62,001 bases of DNA, filler included, from Sphacelaria rigidula (GCA_964200075.2; 11 parts of 11 records of this genome joined end to end with filler, not necessarily neighbours in it); one strand, 5' to 3'; positions 1-12,400 are shown, counted from the whole stretch's first letter. Notes: generated from the sequence alone by a model not told the origin. Program-made: numbers and translations.

Positions 1-50
<50 letters not shown>

Positions 51-141
51 TTATCTGATATTTTATCTGATATTTTTTCTGATATTTTATTTGTCGCACT
101 TTGAACCCCTCCCCTTCCTCGGGACGCGTCCGTGGTCTCAA
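1..141 (-). repeat. 3' end of an A-tailed non-LTR (LINE/SINE) repeat family with a (TAA)n tail
   Basis: The reverse complement reads CTTGAGACCACGG...GGGGAGGGGTTCAAAGTGCGAC followed by an A-rich and (TAA)n tail. The same motif recurs at 1345, 11105, 14940, 39025, 45455 and 46190. Confidence 0.75.
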
Positions 142-192
142 GTGATGGTGAACTACAAAAATTCCCTCGCGCTTGAAAAATGCAATCAACAG

Positions 193-3100
193 ATACATAT
201 TGAAGTCCGCTACAAAGATACAGTGCGTCGCCCGGGGTAGGGCAGGGCGCTTGTGCTGTCGTAGAAGGAAAGACGAGGCACAGCAGATGGCGGTGGCCAG
301 AATCGAGGCTGGCGCTGCGATTGTGATCCAGGTAAGAGGGTGCACGGTTGTATGACGCATTTGATTTGTCTTTCCTATTGTTGGATTGAAACTCATCTTC
401 CGTGCGTTGTTGTGTTGTTGGTGCATATTTTATGCTGGGAAAAATGATGCCAGGCGTATTTTGTCGAGCGATACACTTGCCTCAATATGCAAGATGACTT
501 TTGATTGTTTTGAGACAGAAATCGTGTGGCCTTGAGTATCGCTCCGGTTCACACGTGAATAGAGTGTTTCTGCTTTCAGAGTATGTGTCAGTATCGTGCA
601 TCAAACACCGAGGATGTTCTACAACAGAGTCTTGCGAGGGTATGAGAGGCCATGAATATCTATTTAAGCCGGGGAATGACAGTATCCCGCTCGTGGCGAC
701 CACTGACTGCATATGGTTGAAAATAAGACGATTGACAGGAGGAGATTAACGACATCACGGTCGTCCATTTGCATCATGAGATCCAAGAAGAAAGCTTCTC
801 GTGTGCGCAGCAGCATCATGGTAACCACACCTCATCGCTGGCTTACACGCTTCGACACGATTGTTTTCCATGCCGCCGCCTCCAGCAGACATGTCACGGC
901 AAACAAAATGGGGGAGGAACACACTCGTGAATACTCTTGCAGAAAAGCCGCGCTTGTGACTCGCCCCCCGTCACCACTACAATTCTCTATATTTCGATAT
1001 CTTCCACCCCATCCTTCATGCCGACCAACTCTGTGCAAGTGTGATTCACAGCCGCCGTCTCGTATCACTTGCGTGTGGTAGTGCTATCTCTGACCCGAAA
1101 CCTGATCGGAATCCTGATCCACAGGCATGGGGTAGGAGGTACTGTTCGCGCGCTTCGGCGATACGGCTCGCTCAGGCACGTATCACCAAGTATATCGACC
1201 CGAGCACGCGCCTTCCATACTGGCAACACCCTAGCACAGGAATTATCTCGTGGAGCAAACCCAAGATTTTCGGGCTGGGAGATGTGGAGAGTGCTATTTT
1301 GGTCGCTACGAAGAAGACGGAGTTTTTGGTAGGTTGTGCTATTGTACCGGGGAGAGATGGCTTGATCCCTTGAGACCACGGAGTCGTCTCGAGGAAAGAG
1401 AGGGGTTCGAAGTGCGACAAATAAAATATTAAAATAGTTAAATGATGAAATAATGAAACAATAACACGATCAAACAATCACACAATCAAACAATCAAACA
1501 ATCAAACAATCAAACAATCAAACAATCAAATAATAATAAATTTATTACTATTGCAGCTGTGTGGTCGCACGGTGTTGCGTTCCCCCCTCATTTTGTTTTT
1601 GGTTGAGGTTGATGATTGCGGAGAAGATTTTCTCCTCGAGTTATCGTCGATAATAGCTACAATAATTGTGCCTGAACATGTCCGTAGAAGCACACACGGG
1701 TGAGATGGTTGAGGATCTTGCGTTGGATATTCACGTAAGGATCGTTTTTGTTTCAAGCACACTTTTAACATGTGTGTGCGTGTGTGTTTGTTTCTGCGGT
1801 AAAACCCACCATCCTTGAGTTCATGGACGTTTGTTTTCAACGCAGGTGAAATGCTCCATGTGCGACGAAGGCACGGCAACACGCACGTGCAAATCCTGCA
1901 GAGACAGCTACTGCGAGAGCTGCTTTCAGGCGTTGCACTCAAAGGGCAATAGACAGGAACACGTGGCCCCCACCATACCCGTGTGCTACGTGTGCAAGTA
2001 TCAACACGTGAGTGCGGAGCTTGCGTTGCTTTGGCCCTTGTAATCACTGCAAATCAGGCAGACGATCCCGAACAGCTTGTCGTAGTGAAGCTTTGCTGGA
2101 ACAGCTGATGTACATACTCTCTCTGCACAGGGTCGTGAAAAGTATCGAGTTCTCTGTTTATTTTACCAATTTTTCCGTTGCCAGGGATGATCGTAGGATG
2201 TGGCCTTACCAGACGGAAGAAAAAAAGGCGATGAAAAACATGCAAACCCGGTGGAATGCAACCAAGCGCTGCTCACCCTCGATCGTTCATTTCCCTCCGC
2301 GATAACCACGGAACATACTCTGATCTCGAACGGATAGAGTAGCGCGACATCCAGTTTCTGATTGACCAAGCAAAATAAACCAGAGATATTTGGTGGCCGA
2401 TGTTGCTTGGTCGATGGCTGACGTTATCCATGTAACTTGAGGGCGAAGGGAGTTTTGGACATGGATCACGCAACGGGGTGTACTTTGCTGTTTGGTCATA
2501 CTTTCGGGAGGCATTTTCCCTCTATTTTATTGACCGACACATGACGTTATCGAACGGGTCGAATGGATAAGTTGGGCCCGTGTCGATAGATACTCCGAGT
2601 GGAAAATGATCTGCACGGTGAAACCTGAAGTCGCTGCCCTGCGAAGGAGATACACGTCAATCCAACTCATGCCCGGCACCCCCCCGAACATCGATCGCAT
2701 TTCTGTTCTTCCCTTCCCGTGTTTTCGGAAGGGATCCCGGCTGTGTGAGACATGTACGACAAAGAACAGCACCACCTGTGCCTACTGCGATGTTTGCTTC
2801 TTCAATCGCCACGCAGGCCTAGACCCTCTCCTGAAGGATGAGGTACGTTCGCTCGGCGAGGTGTAGCTCTGTAATTGAGAAGACGACCTACGCTAGCACG
2901 GTTCGATGCACCTTTGATGATGAAATTGTCATCGCTGCGCATTTCGCGCTGCCGGCGTTGTCCAGCCGGTTTCCAATAGACCAGCCACATAATGGAAACG
3001 GTTTGACGGATGATGTAGAGAAGAGTCATCCTACGATAGGGCGGGGGGGGGGGGGGTTATTCGATTGCACGAAAAAAGAGTCTCATAAAGTGTGTCAGAC

Positions 3101-5445
3101 GACCTGCCACTCTCGCGGTGCGCTTGTATTTGGTTTAAAACGATGTCAATCGGTATGAATGAGCGCTATTTATCTGTAACAAGCTCGTTCGAGGAAACGT
3201 TGCTACTTTTGACGACGATTTGACTTCGAATTTCGTGCAAGAAGTGGCCCAAAATACCCCCCCCTATCGTAGGATGACTCAGAAGTGAAGCACGATGTCT
3301 TTTTGTCCGTGTGGGAAGCGTCCTAGCGGAAACGAGCATCATAGGGAGCGACGGTGGTTGGTGCTGTTTCCTCCGCGATGGCCAACATCCTGAGTTCGAC
3401 TAGCTTGTTGTGATCGTTCAAGTTGCGCCAATAAGAAACACTCCCGTAATTTTCCCGTTTTCCCTCGCGTAACTGCACGGTGAGCAGAAGTTGTGCGTTC
3501 CCTCTACGCTCTTCATGAACGGCGTGTTAACCACAATGGCCTGAGCACATTCCCGACGACATCATCTGCTCCCTTCCCCCTTACACGTTGTTACCGTGCT
3601 AGCTTCTGCGTCATACTGAGCACAAGATAAGTGTTGCACACACCACCAGAAACGTAGGCCGCAAAAATCACCCCGCCCCCGCTGCCACGTGTCAATGGTC
3701 TGATGACTATGGCAAGCATGATCATGAATACACCCGCTGCCACGTGTCGTTTCTCATGCACCGGGTGTGATTATCAGGCCGGGGGGAATATCGCCTTCGC
3801 TGCCGCGGGAAGCAGATTGGAAGGGTGGAATCACAGGTGTAACACACGAGCGTTTTCGCCGGGCTTCGTGCTTGCCCGCGTGTGTCGAGGTGTAGGTCTT
3901 CGTCACACATCGATATAAATTCATTTCGCGCGGCAAGTGGGGATGGGCAACCTGCTGCCACATTCTGGGTACATGAGCAAACATGCCGCGAAGTTGTGAA
4001 CCCCTGTGTGAATCTTCCCTGGATAAAGACACATCGATTTAGCTGCGCTCGTGGTCCGTACCACGCTGATGAAGATTGCCTCTTGCTCGTGCCGCTGTAG
4101 ATGAGGCGGGTAGTTTCTGGCGTGTTTGCACTTGGCTCGGACGGATAAATTTGTCTCCAAGCACGTGCTGGGAATGCTAATCGTGAGTGCACCGTTGTTT
4201 TTTCTTCGCCTGATGGCACTACGGTGGGTAGTACCGCGACGAAAAAGCGGCGTTCGAAAAAAACAAACATTTTTGACGATATTTGAGGTACCTCCTGGAT
4301 AAAGAGAAACGAATTCGTAATAGTCGAATGTGACATCAGCATTGTGTCTAGTTAACAGAAAATCGAGACAGGAACGGCATGCCGGTCCCGTGCCTGCTGC
4401 CTTCCGCCCCGCAGATGGACGCCTCTTGTACTGACGTGTGTGGAGTGTCGACGCCACGCTGCTCGATGGCTCTGTGATGACTGTGAGGAGGCGTACTGCA
4501 CGGGTTGCTACGCTTCCGTACATCGACACGGCAGCAGAGTGAGGACTGCATTGCTTTTGAATATGCTTGGGATGAGTGGAAATCACCTAATACGCCTCTT
4601 GGAATGTCATGTATCTGCAGCCGTAATGGTAAATTCACTGGGGGGCAACAGCAATGCAAGAACCATGACAAATATATAAGGGGACTGTTTTGTACTCGAA
4701 ACCGAACAGTACACTCGAAGCATTCGTTTTATCATCATTGTACTTAGTTTTCCACCTAACCTGGTCCTGAGTATCGATATCTCCGCACGAGGAGAAGAAG
4801 AATGACGTCTGAAATGATACGATAATAACTAGTCGTGTTGATTGGCTTCTGAATATATGTTGTTTTGCTTGTGTTTAGCACAGATGATGCACGGTGCGGA
4901 GAAGCTTCCGTACTACACACCCGAGTTCCACATGGACTACGCTATGGCGTGTCGACAGCGCGACAGGGCGCATAGACACGAAGAGGCGCACGCACGAAGG
5001 TGATTTATCCACCTTAGGTCGGCGAGAGCAGAGACACACACGCACAACATCTATTCCATGTCTACAGAGTCTTACACGCAACCGTCCGAATCTCGTGGAA
5101 GTGCAACAAAAAAAAGTCCCCACATCGCAGCCGTCTACCATACCCTGCGCTTGGCATCCGTGATGTATATGACCTCACAGGTATCGATTTCAGAGAAACG
5201 CGCGGGTAGTCGTAGAGGCAAATGATGTCATATCTTAGCGATATGGTACACCGCGCCGCCGTTAGTATCACGAACTGTTCCGAAATCGTGATGAGTGACA
5301 ACTCCGTATGTGTCGGCCATTACTGTCTGACCCGCGGTGACGAAGGTTGTTCGAACGAGAGCGAGCGGAGCGAAAAGCTGCGATAGCCATCCAAACAGCG
5401 TGGCGAGGCAAGATTGGTCGTACTGAGGGCCGCGCCCATCTCAAG
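193..5445 (+). CDS. Partial multi-exon gene encoding IQ motifs, a WW domain and three B-box-type zinc fingers. Exons: 193-331, 1125-1328, 1846-2007, 2732-2842, 3778-3836, 4415-4538, 4884-4999, 5346-5445. Incomplete at both ends.
   Basis: All exons are bounded by AG/GT and phases match throughout. Peptides: SATKIQCVARG (IQ); IVIQ|AWGRR (IQ); KYIDPSTRLPYWQHPSTGIISWSKP (WW); CSMCDEGTATRTCKSCRDSYCESCFQALH, CYVCKYQH|GSRLCETC...YCDVCFFNRH and CVECRRHAARWLCDDCEEAYCTGCYASVH (B-box-like); AAIAIQTAWRG (IQ). Confidence 0.85.
1345..1540 (+). repeat. A-tailed repeat family copy with an (AATCAAAC)n tail, intronic
   Basis: CCGGGGAGAGATGGCTTGATCCCTTGAGACCACGG...GGGGTTCGAAGTGCGAC followed by an A-rich and AATCAAAC tandem tail. 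Confidence 0.75.
3023..3280. mobile_element. MITE with 19-bp TIR GAGTCATCCTACGATAGGG and 4-bp TSD AGAA (Sola-like termini)
   Basis: The left end from 3023 is the exact reverse complement of CCCTATCGTAGGATGACTC ending at 3280. AGAA lies at 3019-3022 and 3281-3284. Confidence 0.8.
3694..3732 (+). mobile_element. 39-nt retroposed 3'-end fragment (C-tailed family B) with 16-bp TSD
   Basis: CCCGCTGCCACGTGTC is duplicated at 3678-3693 and 3733-3748. The insert matches copies at 11293, 45044, 45167 and 50672. Confidence 0.85.
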
Positions 5446-5471
5446 GTAGTGGATGCGCTCTGTTATCAAGA

Positions 5472-5546
5472 GGGGGGGGGCGTACTCATCTGTTGCTTGC
5501 CTTAGTAGTGTGACCATTGACCACGCATCCCTTTCGAGACGGAGCA
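5472..5546 (-). repeat. C-tailed 3'-end family A copy, truncated by the contig end
   Basis: The reverse complement reads TGCTCCGTCTCGAAAGGGATGCGTGGTCAATGGTC...ATGAGTACG followed by a C-run. Confidence 0.8.
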
Positions 5547-5646
5547 NNNNNNNNNNNNNNNNNNNNNNNNNNNNNNNNNNNNNNNNNNNNTTAATTAATT
5601 AANNNNNNNNNNNNNNNNNNNNNNNNNNNNNNNNNNNNNNNNNNNN

Positions 5647-5728
5647 ACAGCCAACAATGAGTTGCCTTGTTCTGTGGTATCGCCACTTCCAGAGACAGCC
5701 ACAACTTTTACACTGCCTCATGAGTGTC
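5647..5728 (+). repeat. Dispersed repeat at a contig end (second copy at 22405-22484, opposite strand)
   Basis: CAGCC(A/T)ACAATGAGTTGC...TTCTGTGGTATCGCCACTTCCAGAGACAGCCAC...ACACTGCCTCAT is shared between the two sites. Confidence 0.75.
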
Positions 5729-5791
5729 TAAACAAAGCTGGGTTCGGGTGGGGGCTATCGTAGAAAGTGTCATCAGGCGCTGTATGCCCAT

Positions 5792-8700
5792 TTATTTTTC
5801 ACACTTTTGGGCTGGTTTTGGGGGGAGGCTATTGTAAAACGTGTCTGCACGGGGTTCAGCGGCAGTCATACAAACCAAGAGACGGAACACAAAAAGCTCC
5901 AGTAGCCGAGGATGAAGGTGCTCCAGGCAAGTTCCGATTGTGGTCCCTTGGTGGCGCCGAAGGAGCTCCAGTCGTAGGCTGTTGAAGAAGTCGGTGGGTA
6001 GCACTGGTGCGTCCTTAATGATGGAAGCAGGGGGGAATGTAACAACAGGGAAAGGAGAAAAAAGGAAAATATCGTGGATCGAAAAGCAGGAGGTCTGTGG
6101 AAGCTTAAAGCGATGCGTTAACATCATGTGTGCGATTGATGTTATGTTGGATTCCACGGCGGAGGCTTTTGGACTTGAGTCGCTGAAGACACCAAGATCC
6201 TCGTGTGGTGCGGATGGACTGGTGATATAAAGCTCTTGTCGGAGCTTAAGCTGCACGGGTCCGGGGTGATCGATGAAGCGCACGATGTATGTGTCAGGTG
6301 CGTTCAGATCTGTGAAATGGGTCTGGCCCAGCAATCTTACCTCCTCGACAGCGGGTGATCTGGTGACCAGAGATATGGGACACGGCGACGCGAAGGGGTT
6401 ATTCCGCCACGTCGTCCGTAGTAACGTGATAAGGCGGTGACTCGGTCGAATAGCTGTTAAGCACGTATTGCATAAGACCGACAGGTAGATATTTGGGCAT
6501 GCCGCTAGTGTCATCATGCGGATCTGTGCAAGGTTTTCAACGGTGCACAGAGATGCGAGATTTGGTGTCATGTCCCTGAAGATCGCGAGGGAGATCGAGA
6601 CAAAGAAGTTTGCCATCAACAGGCTTGCCATCAGGTGACGTTGGCGAGGGCCCTGTGGTCAAAATCTTGAATGGTCCTGTCCAGTTAAGGGAAAGCTTTG
6701 CTCTTCAAGACTGTCTCGTTGGCGGCTCTGTCGGTGCCTTGGCGGATGGTCGACAAACTGTTGTGAACCCAGACCCAATCGCCAACCTTCCAAGTAGGGC
6801 ATTTGTGCATCAAATTGTAGAGGGCATGATTAGATCTTTCAAGGCGCGAAGCAGTGATAGCGTGTTGTTCACGCACGAGGGTGAAAGATTTGCGCTGGCG
6901 TGCACGCGTCATGTCGTGGTGGGATATCTGACCCTGATCCAAGCCTTAGTGGCCATCGAAGGTGTGTCTTTCAAACGCGGTGATGGGCACTCGGGGGTAG
7001 CGTCTGAGATGTCACTCGTTTGGAGATAGACCGGTAGCAGCATTGACAGAGTTGTTATAAGACAGCATGGCATGTGAAAGATGGAGATCGCAATTGTTTT
7101 GACGATCGTTGACGACCATAGATAGCATCTGGGTCATGGTGTGGTCGACTATTTCAGTACCACCGTTACGATTAGAGTGGTAACCGCTCGTGACTATCTT
7201 GCGAATGCCCAGAAGCGTATACAGTTCGTCCGAGAGGTCGGGGGAAAACTGCTGGCCACTGTCGGAGAGGAGCCGTTTCGGACAAGCATAGTGCTTGATA
7301 TAGTCGTGAACTAAGATGTTAGCTGTGCCTGCCGCTGGGAAGTCTCCAGCGGTGACTGCGTACATGGACGCATGACAGCTGAAGCGGTCGGTAAAGAGTA
7401 AGACGTAGGTGTTGCCATGGTCAGTGGTCGGTAAAGGACCGAAGTAGTCGAAAGACACGAGCTGACCAGAAGCGTTGGGAAGGGCCATTTAAATGACTGG
7501 CCAACGTATTGTCTGCCGTGAGGCTTTGCGAGCTTGACACTTGAAGCATCGCAGAATCCAGAAGCGGGTGGACACTTCCATACGGACCCACCAGTAGAAA
7601 CGTTCGAGCAACGCTAATGTGCGCGTGACACCAAGGTGGCAAGATAGGTCAGTGTGGCAGTCATTCATTACCCACGGTCTCATCAAAGATGGGACATAGA
7701 TGCGGGTGGGTTCATTATCGAGTAGGCGTGCATGACGTCCAGTGGTCGCGGATGAAGTTACACCCCGCTAGGGCGTGGGGCGGCGGAGAAGCAGTTGAAT
7801 ACCGTCATCAGTTGTGAAGGAACTACCTTTACGTGCGAGTTCGTACACTTCGGAGGCGTTCGATGGTGGCAGTGTACCAACCGGGGCCAGAACATTGGCC
7901 GGGATAGCGGCAGGGCAGCCAGCATAGAGGTACCGCAGGGTTGCCGGGCATACTGGTTCTGCTTGTCATTCACGAGCCCAGTCACAATGGGAGTAACTGG
8001 CGGGGAATTCGCGCAGTTGACCTTCCGCCGGAGAGCCGACCAGGCGTGGTGGCTCAGGAAGCGGTGGAACAGGCGATGGGGCGGAGGTGCCAACGTCCAT
8101 ATGGGCATTGGGATCGTTAGAAGGGTGGGCACTGACGGTGTCGCGGAAAGCGGCGCGTTGTCGAAGTAGTACGCGTCGGAGAGCGTGCTCGGCGCTTGTT
8201 GTGAGAATTACGCGTGGCGGGTGTTGTCAAGACTCGCGGTGCGCTGTTTCGGGGAGCCGGTGTCACGCTGCTCGTGGGAGCAGTAGGTGTTGTAGGTGCC
8301 GGCGGGGCGCGGGGAAGGTTGGCACGGGCGGCAGACCGAGAGCGCGTTGTGTGGGAAATGAAATGGACAAATGGACGTGGCAGAACTGAAATATTTGCGC
8401 GAGGGCCGATAGTGCGGAAATCGACGAAATCGGCGTTTTGGGGCTGTAGCCCATCCAAGACTGCACCATACGGTAGGGGGCGACGGCTGCTCATGTGCAT
8501 ACCCGTCTCTGGGCAATGAAGATCAAGGACGTAAATGGGCGTTAAGAAACGCCGGATAGGGTACACGCCTGATACATCGGGTTCAGTGAATCGGCAAGCT
8601 GGTCTAAAGTCTACGGCCGTTGGAGGAAGAGGCAGGCGGGAGAGAAGGTCAGTATTACCGTTGGTTTTGCCTGGGCGGGTTTTGACAGTATACTGATAAG

Positions 8701-10600
8701 CTGTCAGGAACTCCAATCAGCGTTGCACACGCGGAATATGTTCGACAACCTTGGCGAGTTGTTAAAGTGCTCCGTGATCCGTGTAGATTTGGAAAGGCAC
8801 GTAGAACAAATATCGTTGAAGGCGCTTTATGGCCCGAGTAATGACTCCGCCTTCCAACTCCAGTAGGCTCCAGTTGGCCTCGTTTGGCAGGGTGGCGCGG
8901 CTGATATGGAGGATGAGTCGAACAGAGCCATCGAGTTGAGGTCGAGTCAGGGCCGCGCCGAACCCGTGGATGCTGGCGTCTGTGTGCATTTGAAAGGGGC
9001 GAGGGCCATCTAGCACCGCCTTCCAGTCTGGAAAACAGAGAACCGGTTTTTCGGTAAGCGCTTTCTGCGAATCGCGAACGATAGCTTCCATATCTTTGGT
9101 GAAGACAAACGCGGCTCCTTTTTTAAGCAAGTCTGTAATAGGGCGAATCCGTTTGGACAGGTTAGGCAAACTTTTGCGATAGTAGGACAGCCCACCCAAT
9201 AATGAGCGGAGCTGAGTAATGTTCGTCGGCATCGGCAACTCAGTCATGACTCTGACTTCGTTGGTTTCCGGCTGTGGACCCGCCGGTGAAATTGAAAGTC
9301 CCAGGAAGTCCAGTTCAGTCGCGCCAAGGCGAGCTTTGGATGGAGACAGTTTCAAATTGTGCGTCCATAGTTGAGCAAGAAACTCCCGTAAGGTGCGCAC
9401 ATGCACAATAGGGGAGGCATCAAAGGCGATAGCGTCATCCAAGTACATGATGACGTGTTCGAGATTATCTGCAACGCGTTGCATTAAGCGTCGGAAACAA
9501 CCCGGTGCAGTGGCAGCGCCTTGTGGCATACGGAGCCATTTGTAGAGCCCGGAAGATATACAGAACGCTGTCAGTGGGATTGTGTCAGGGTGAATGGCAT
9601 TCTGGAAAAACCCAGAAGCGAGACCGAAGTTGCTGAATATTTCGCCTTTGCCTAGAGAGCGGAAGACTTATCTATGCGAGGGACTGGAAGTTTCCTCACC
9701 ACAGTAGCGCGATTTTAGCGGTTCAAAGTTCACGGTGATGCGTATGTTCCCATCCTTTTGAGGGACTACCACTAGGGGTGAGGCCCATGAAGAAGAGGAG
9801 TGTTGGAATAATCCGGCCCCTAAGTACGCATCTAAAATGCTGTTGACTGTTTTGGTGAGGATGCGGTTCGTCCGATACGGTCGAGAAGAGATTGGCGAAA
9901 CGCCAGGTTGAAGTGTGATTTCAAAGGGCAGCGTTCTGCAATGCCCCAGATCCGTTTTGGACCGAGAAAATCGGTCTTGGTACTCCAGTAAAACATCGCT
10001 CAATTCTCGGATTACAGCGGGTTCCTAACCGGGTCCATGTAGATCAAAGTTGATGTCACGCGAATGGGATGGAAGTTGCTTCCGCATGTGCAAGAAGCTT
10101 TTCCGAGATTCTGGTGATGGGCGTTAGAGCACTTCAGCAGGAGGGTCGAAAGTTGACGGTGCAGGGTCCACGGTGTGGATACGTGATGGAGACGAAGATA
10201 TGTTACGTCGGAGTAAGGCTCATCGGCGCAGTTGACAGAATCGTCTGTCGGAGGCGCCGAATTGGGCGTCGAGGGTTTCGTGGCACATGTCTCAAGTGGA
10301 ATATGTATGAGGGGAGCAGCAGCGACACTCAAAACATCACCGGGTTCCAAGTTAGCGTAACCCTTGAGGGGTAAACGTTGTTTTCCTGCGGAGACAAAGT
10401 GCTCTGTGCCGGCAGGCGCACAAACCCGAAGAAAGTTTTCGGCGAGGTAATGTCCTGTAAGGACAGGCATGCCATTTCGGCGAACGAGGGCAACTTCTAG
10501 CAGTTGAGGATCATCGGGAAGGGTAACAACAGCACCACCATCGTATCGTAAATGGTAAGCAGCTCCGGTAGCTTGTTCATTTTTTTGGTAGGCCAAAATG
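5792..10600 (-). mobile_element. Decayed Ty3/gypsy LTR-retrotransposon pol (RT, RNase H, integrase) with several stops and frameshifts; no LTRs seen
   Basis: RT: SSSWASPLVVV, MPQG, YLDD (8762-10003). RNase H: MHTDAS, LELEG, YTDH. Integrase Zn finger: CH...HLGVTRT...FYWW...CFKC (7489-7686). Integrase core: SFDYFGP, DRFS, SDSGQQF, NGGTE (7012-7488). NWTGPFKI GPY/F motif near 6670. The order RT-RH-INT is that of Ty3/gypsy. Confidence 0.92.
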
Positions 10601-10834
10601 CCGAGAAAAGTACCGAGAAGAACATCGAGATATAGCAGGGATATCACCACAACAATACTCGCGGTATGGTGCTATACTGGACTCTGCAATACTGTCCAGG
10701 ACAGCACCATACCGTGCACATTCGTGTGGTAGCCTACATACTACAGACTTAGCGCGGCGGCATGCGCTATACGTATGGTTATACAATGGGGATGCCTGTC
10801 AGTTTGTATTTAGATATATGGGGGTGTTATATAC

Positions 10835-11103
10835 CGTCATGCAGCCGAGTGAGGTGGATCGCGTTATATGCAGTCATGACCAGCACGCACGTAACAAGTC
10901 AAAACAGCCAAAGCACGAAAAATAATAGACCGTTTTGGGAAGGAATACTCTAACACCATGTTCTGTTGAAACGTTTTTCTCCCGGATATTTTTGTAGCCA
11001 GCATTACGTGAATACATCCACCCCCTGCTGCCCGTGCACAGTGGTCGCAATTCATGGGCGATCTATACATGTATAGCGATCTACCTCACTCGGCTGCATG
11101 ACG
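10835..11103. mobile_element. MITE with ~27-bp TIRs
   Basis: CGTCATGCAGCCGAGTGAGGTGGATCGC at the left end pairs with GCGATCTACCTCACTCGGCTGCATGACG at the right end. Confidence 0.75.
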
Positions 11104-11104
11104 T

Positions 11105-11190
11105 TTTTTTCTTTTTCCTCGCACTTTGAACCCCTCCCCTTCGTCGGGATGAGTCCGTGGTCTCAAGGGATCAACCCATCTCTTCCCCAT
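11105..11190 (-). repeat. A-tailed repeat family copy
   Basis: TCGCACTTTGAACCCCTCCCCTTCGTCGGGATGAGTCCGTGGTCTCAAGGGATCAA matches 92-141. Confidence 0.75.
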
Positions 11191-11292
11191 TANNNNNNNN
11201 NNNNNNNNNNNNNNNNNNNNNNNNNNNNNNNNNNNNTTAATTAATTAANNNNNNNNNNNNNNNNNNNNNNNNNNNNNNNNNNNNNNNNNNNN

Positions 11293-11356
11293 TGTAGGGA
11301 TACGAGGTCAATGGTCTGATGACTATGGCAAGCATGATCATGAGTACACCCCCCCC
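11293..11356 (+). repeat. C-tailed 3'-end family B copy at a contig start
   Basis: GGGATACGAGGTCAATGGTCTGATGACTATGGCAAGCATGATCATGAGTACA followed by a C-run. Confidence 0.8.
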
Positions 11357-11809
11357 ATACTTTGGAAATCCACACTATTCCGTCTTCCCGGGGGCGGGGG
11401 GGGGGGAGGGGGGGCTACATGTCCAAGTAATTTCTCCGCGCTACCCCCTGGTCGTGGAAATTATTTTGACAAATTCATGTCTAGAACTAATATTTTGCTA
11501 TCAACAGCCAGCTACTGGAGTGAGACGTCCACCGTGATAAGTCTTGGGGACCGAAAAATCTATGATCATCGCGTTCAATCGAAATATTCCAGTCAGAGGC
11601 TAACGACAACAAGCACTCATACAAGTTTTGCACCCATGGGTACCCCAGAGTACAACCTGCATCGCAGGCGACAGGAAGTCATTCGTAGATGTACCATCTG
11701 CAACCATTATATGTATATATACACACACATATATGTATAAATATATGTACACGTACAGCCACATTGTGTCTACCGGTAACGGCAGGCAGCAACGCACATA
11801 TATATAGGT

Positions 11810-12400
11810 CCAAGGCATTTCGAGTTTCGAAGAACTCCGTTCGTCCTGGCTGGCTCTAAAGTAGCCATGGAAAAATCCAAGCACACCATGGGCCATCTCT
11901 GAGCATACTCGCGCAATATTTTGCCTGCTGGGGCAAGTCTTGGCTTCGGCAAGCTTCCGCCTACTGTGGACAGTCTTCGACATGCTACGAAAACTCACGC
12001 CCCCTAAGTAAGGCAATTCTCGGTCATCCTTTAGTATTCTCACGTCAACTAAGGTGTACACCTTGAGCAAGTTTTGCTCTTGCAGGCAAATCTTACGCCT
12101 GCCAAGACAAATCTTACGCTGCCTAAGGTCCTCACAGCAACGGAGGTGCATCTTGAGCTTGCCAAGACAATCTTCGGCTCGCTAAGGCATATGTTAGGCT
12201 TCTCGAGGCACACATAGTGGACTTAGGCAACATGCCTTGAATTGCAAAACAAGTTCATTTGTATTCACCTGCAACAAGCTCAAGTACTCTCTACACTCGT
12301 CTGAAGTTAATGTCTTAATGGCCCTTCACGTATTTTACAGCACGCTTCGCGTGCCTTGGGTGAACACGCCTAACTTGGATTCGGGTCTGGATCAGTTTTA
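11810..12400. repeat. Decayed DNA-transposon-like repeat rich in AAGGCA/TGCC and GCCAAGACAA motifs
   Basis: Reiterated short motifs in both orientations, similar in style to 58240-59230. Boundaries are approximate. Confidence 0.35.

Noticed and set aside
2185..2250. Candidate exon DDRRMWPYQTEEKKAMKNMQTR
   Set aside because: Its phase is incompatible with the flanking exons, it would split a B-box, and the donor is weak.
5591..5602. TTAATTAATTAA repeated within every 100-bp N-run
   Set aside because: It is an artificial six-frame-stop linker inserted by the assembler, not biology.
11305..11350. CTGATGA in family B suggesting a hammerhead ribozyme
   Set aside because: There is no correctly placed GAAA or stems I-III, and the related family A has CAGACGA/CAAACGA at this position.
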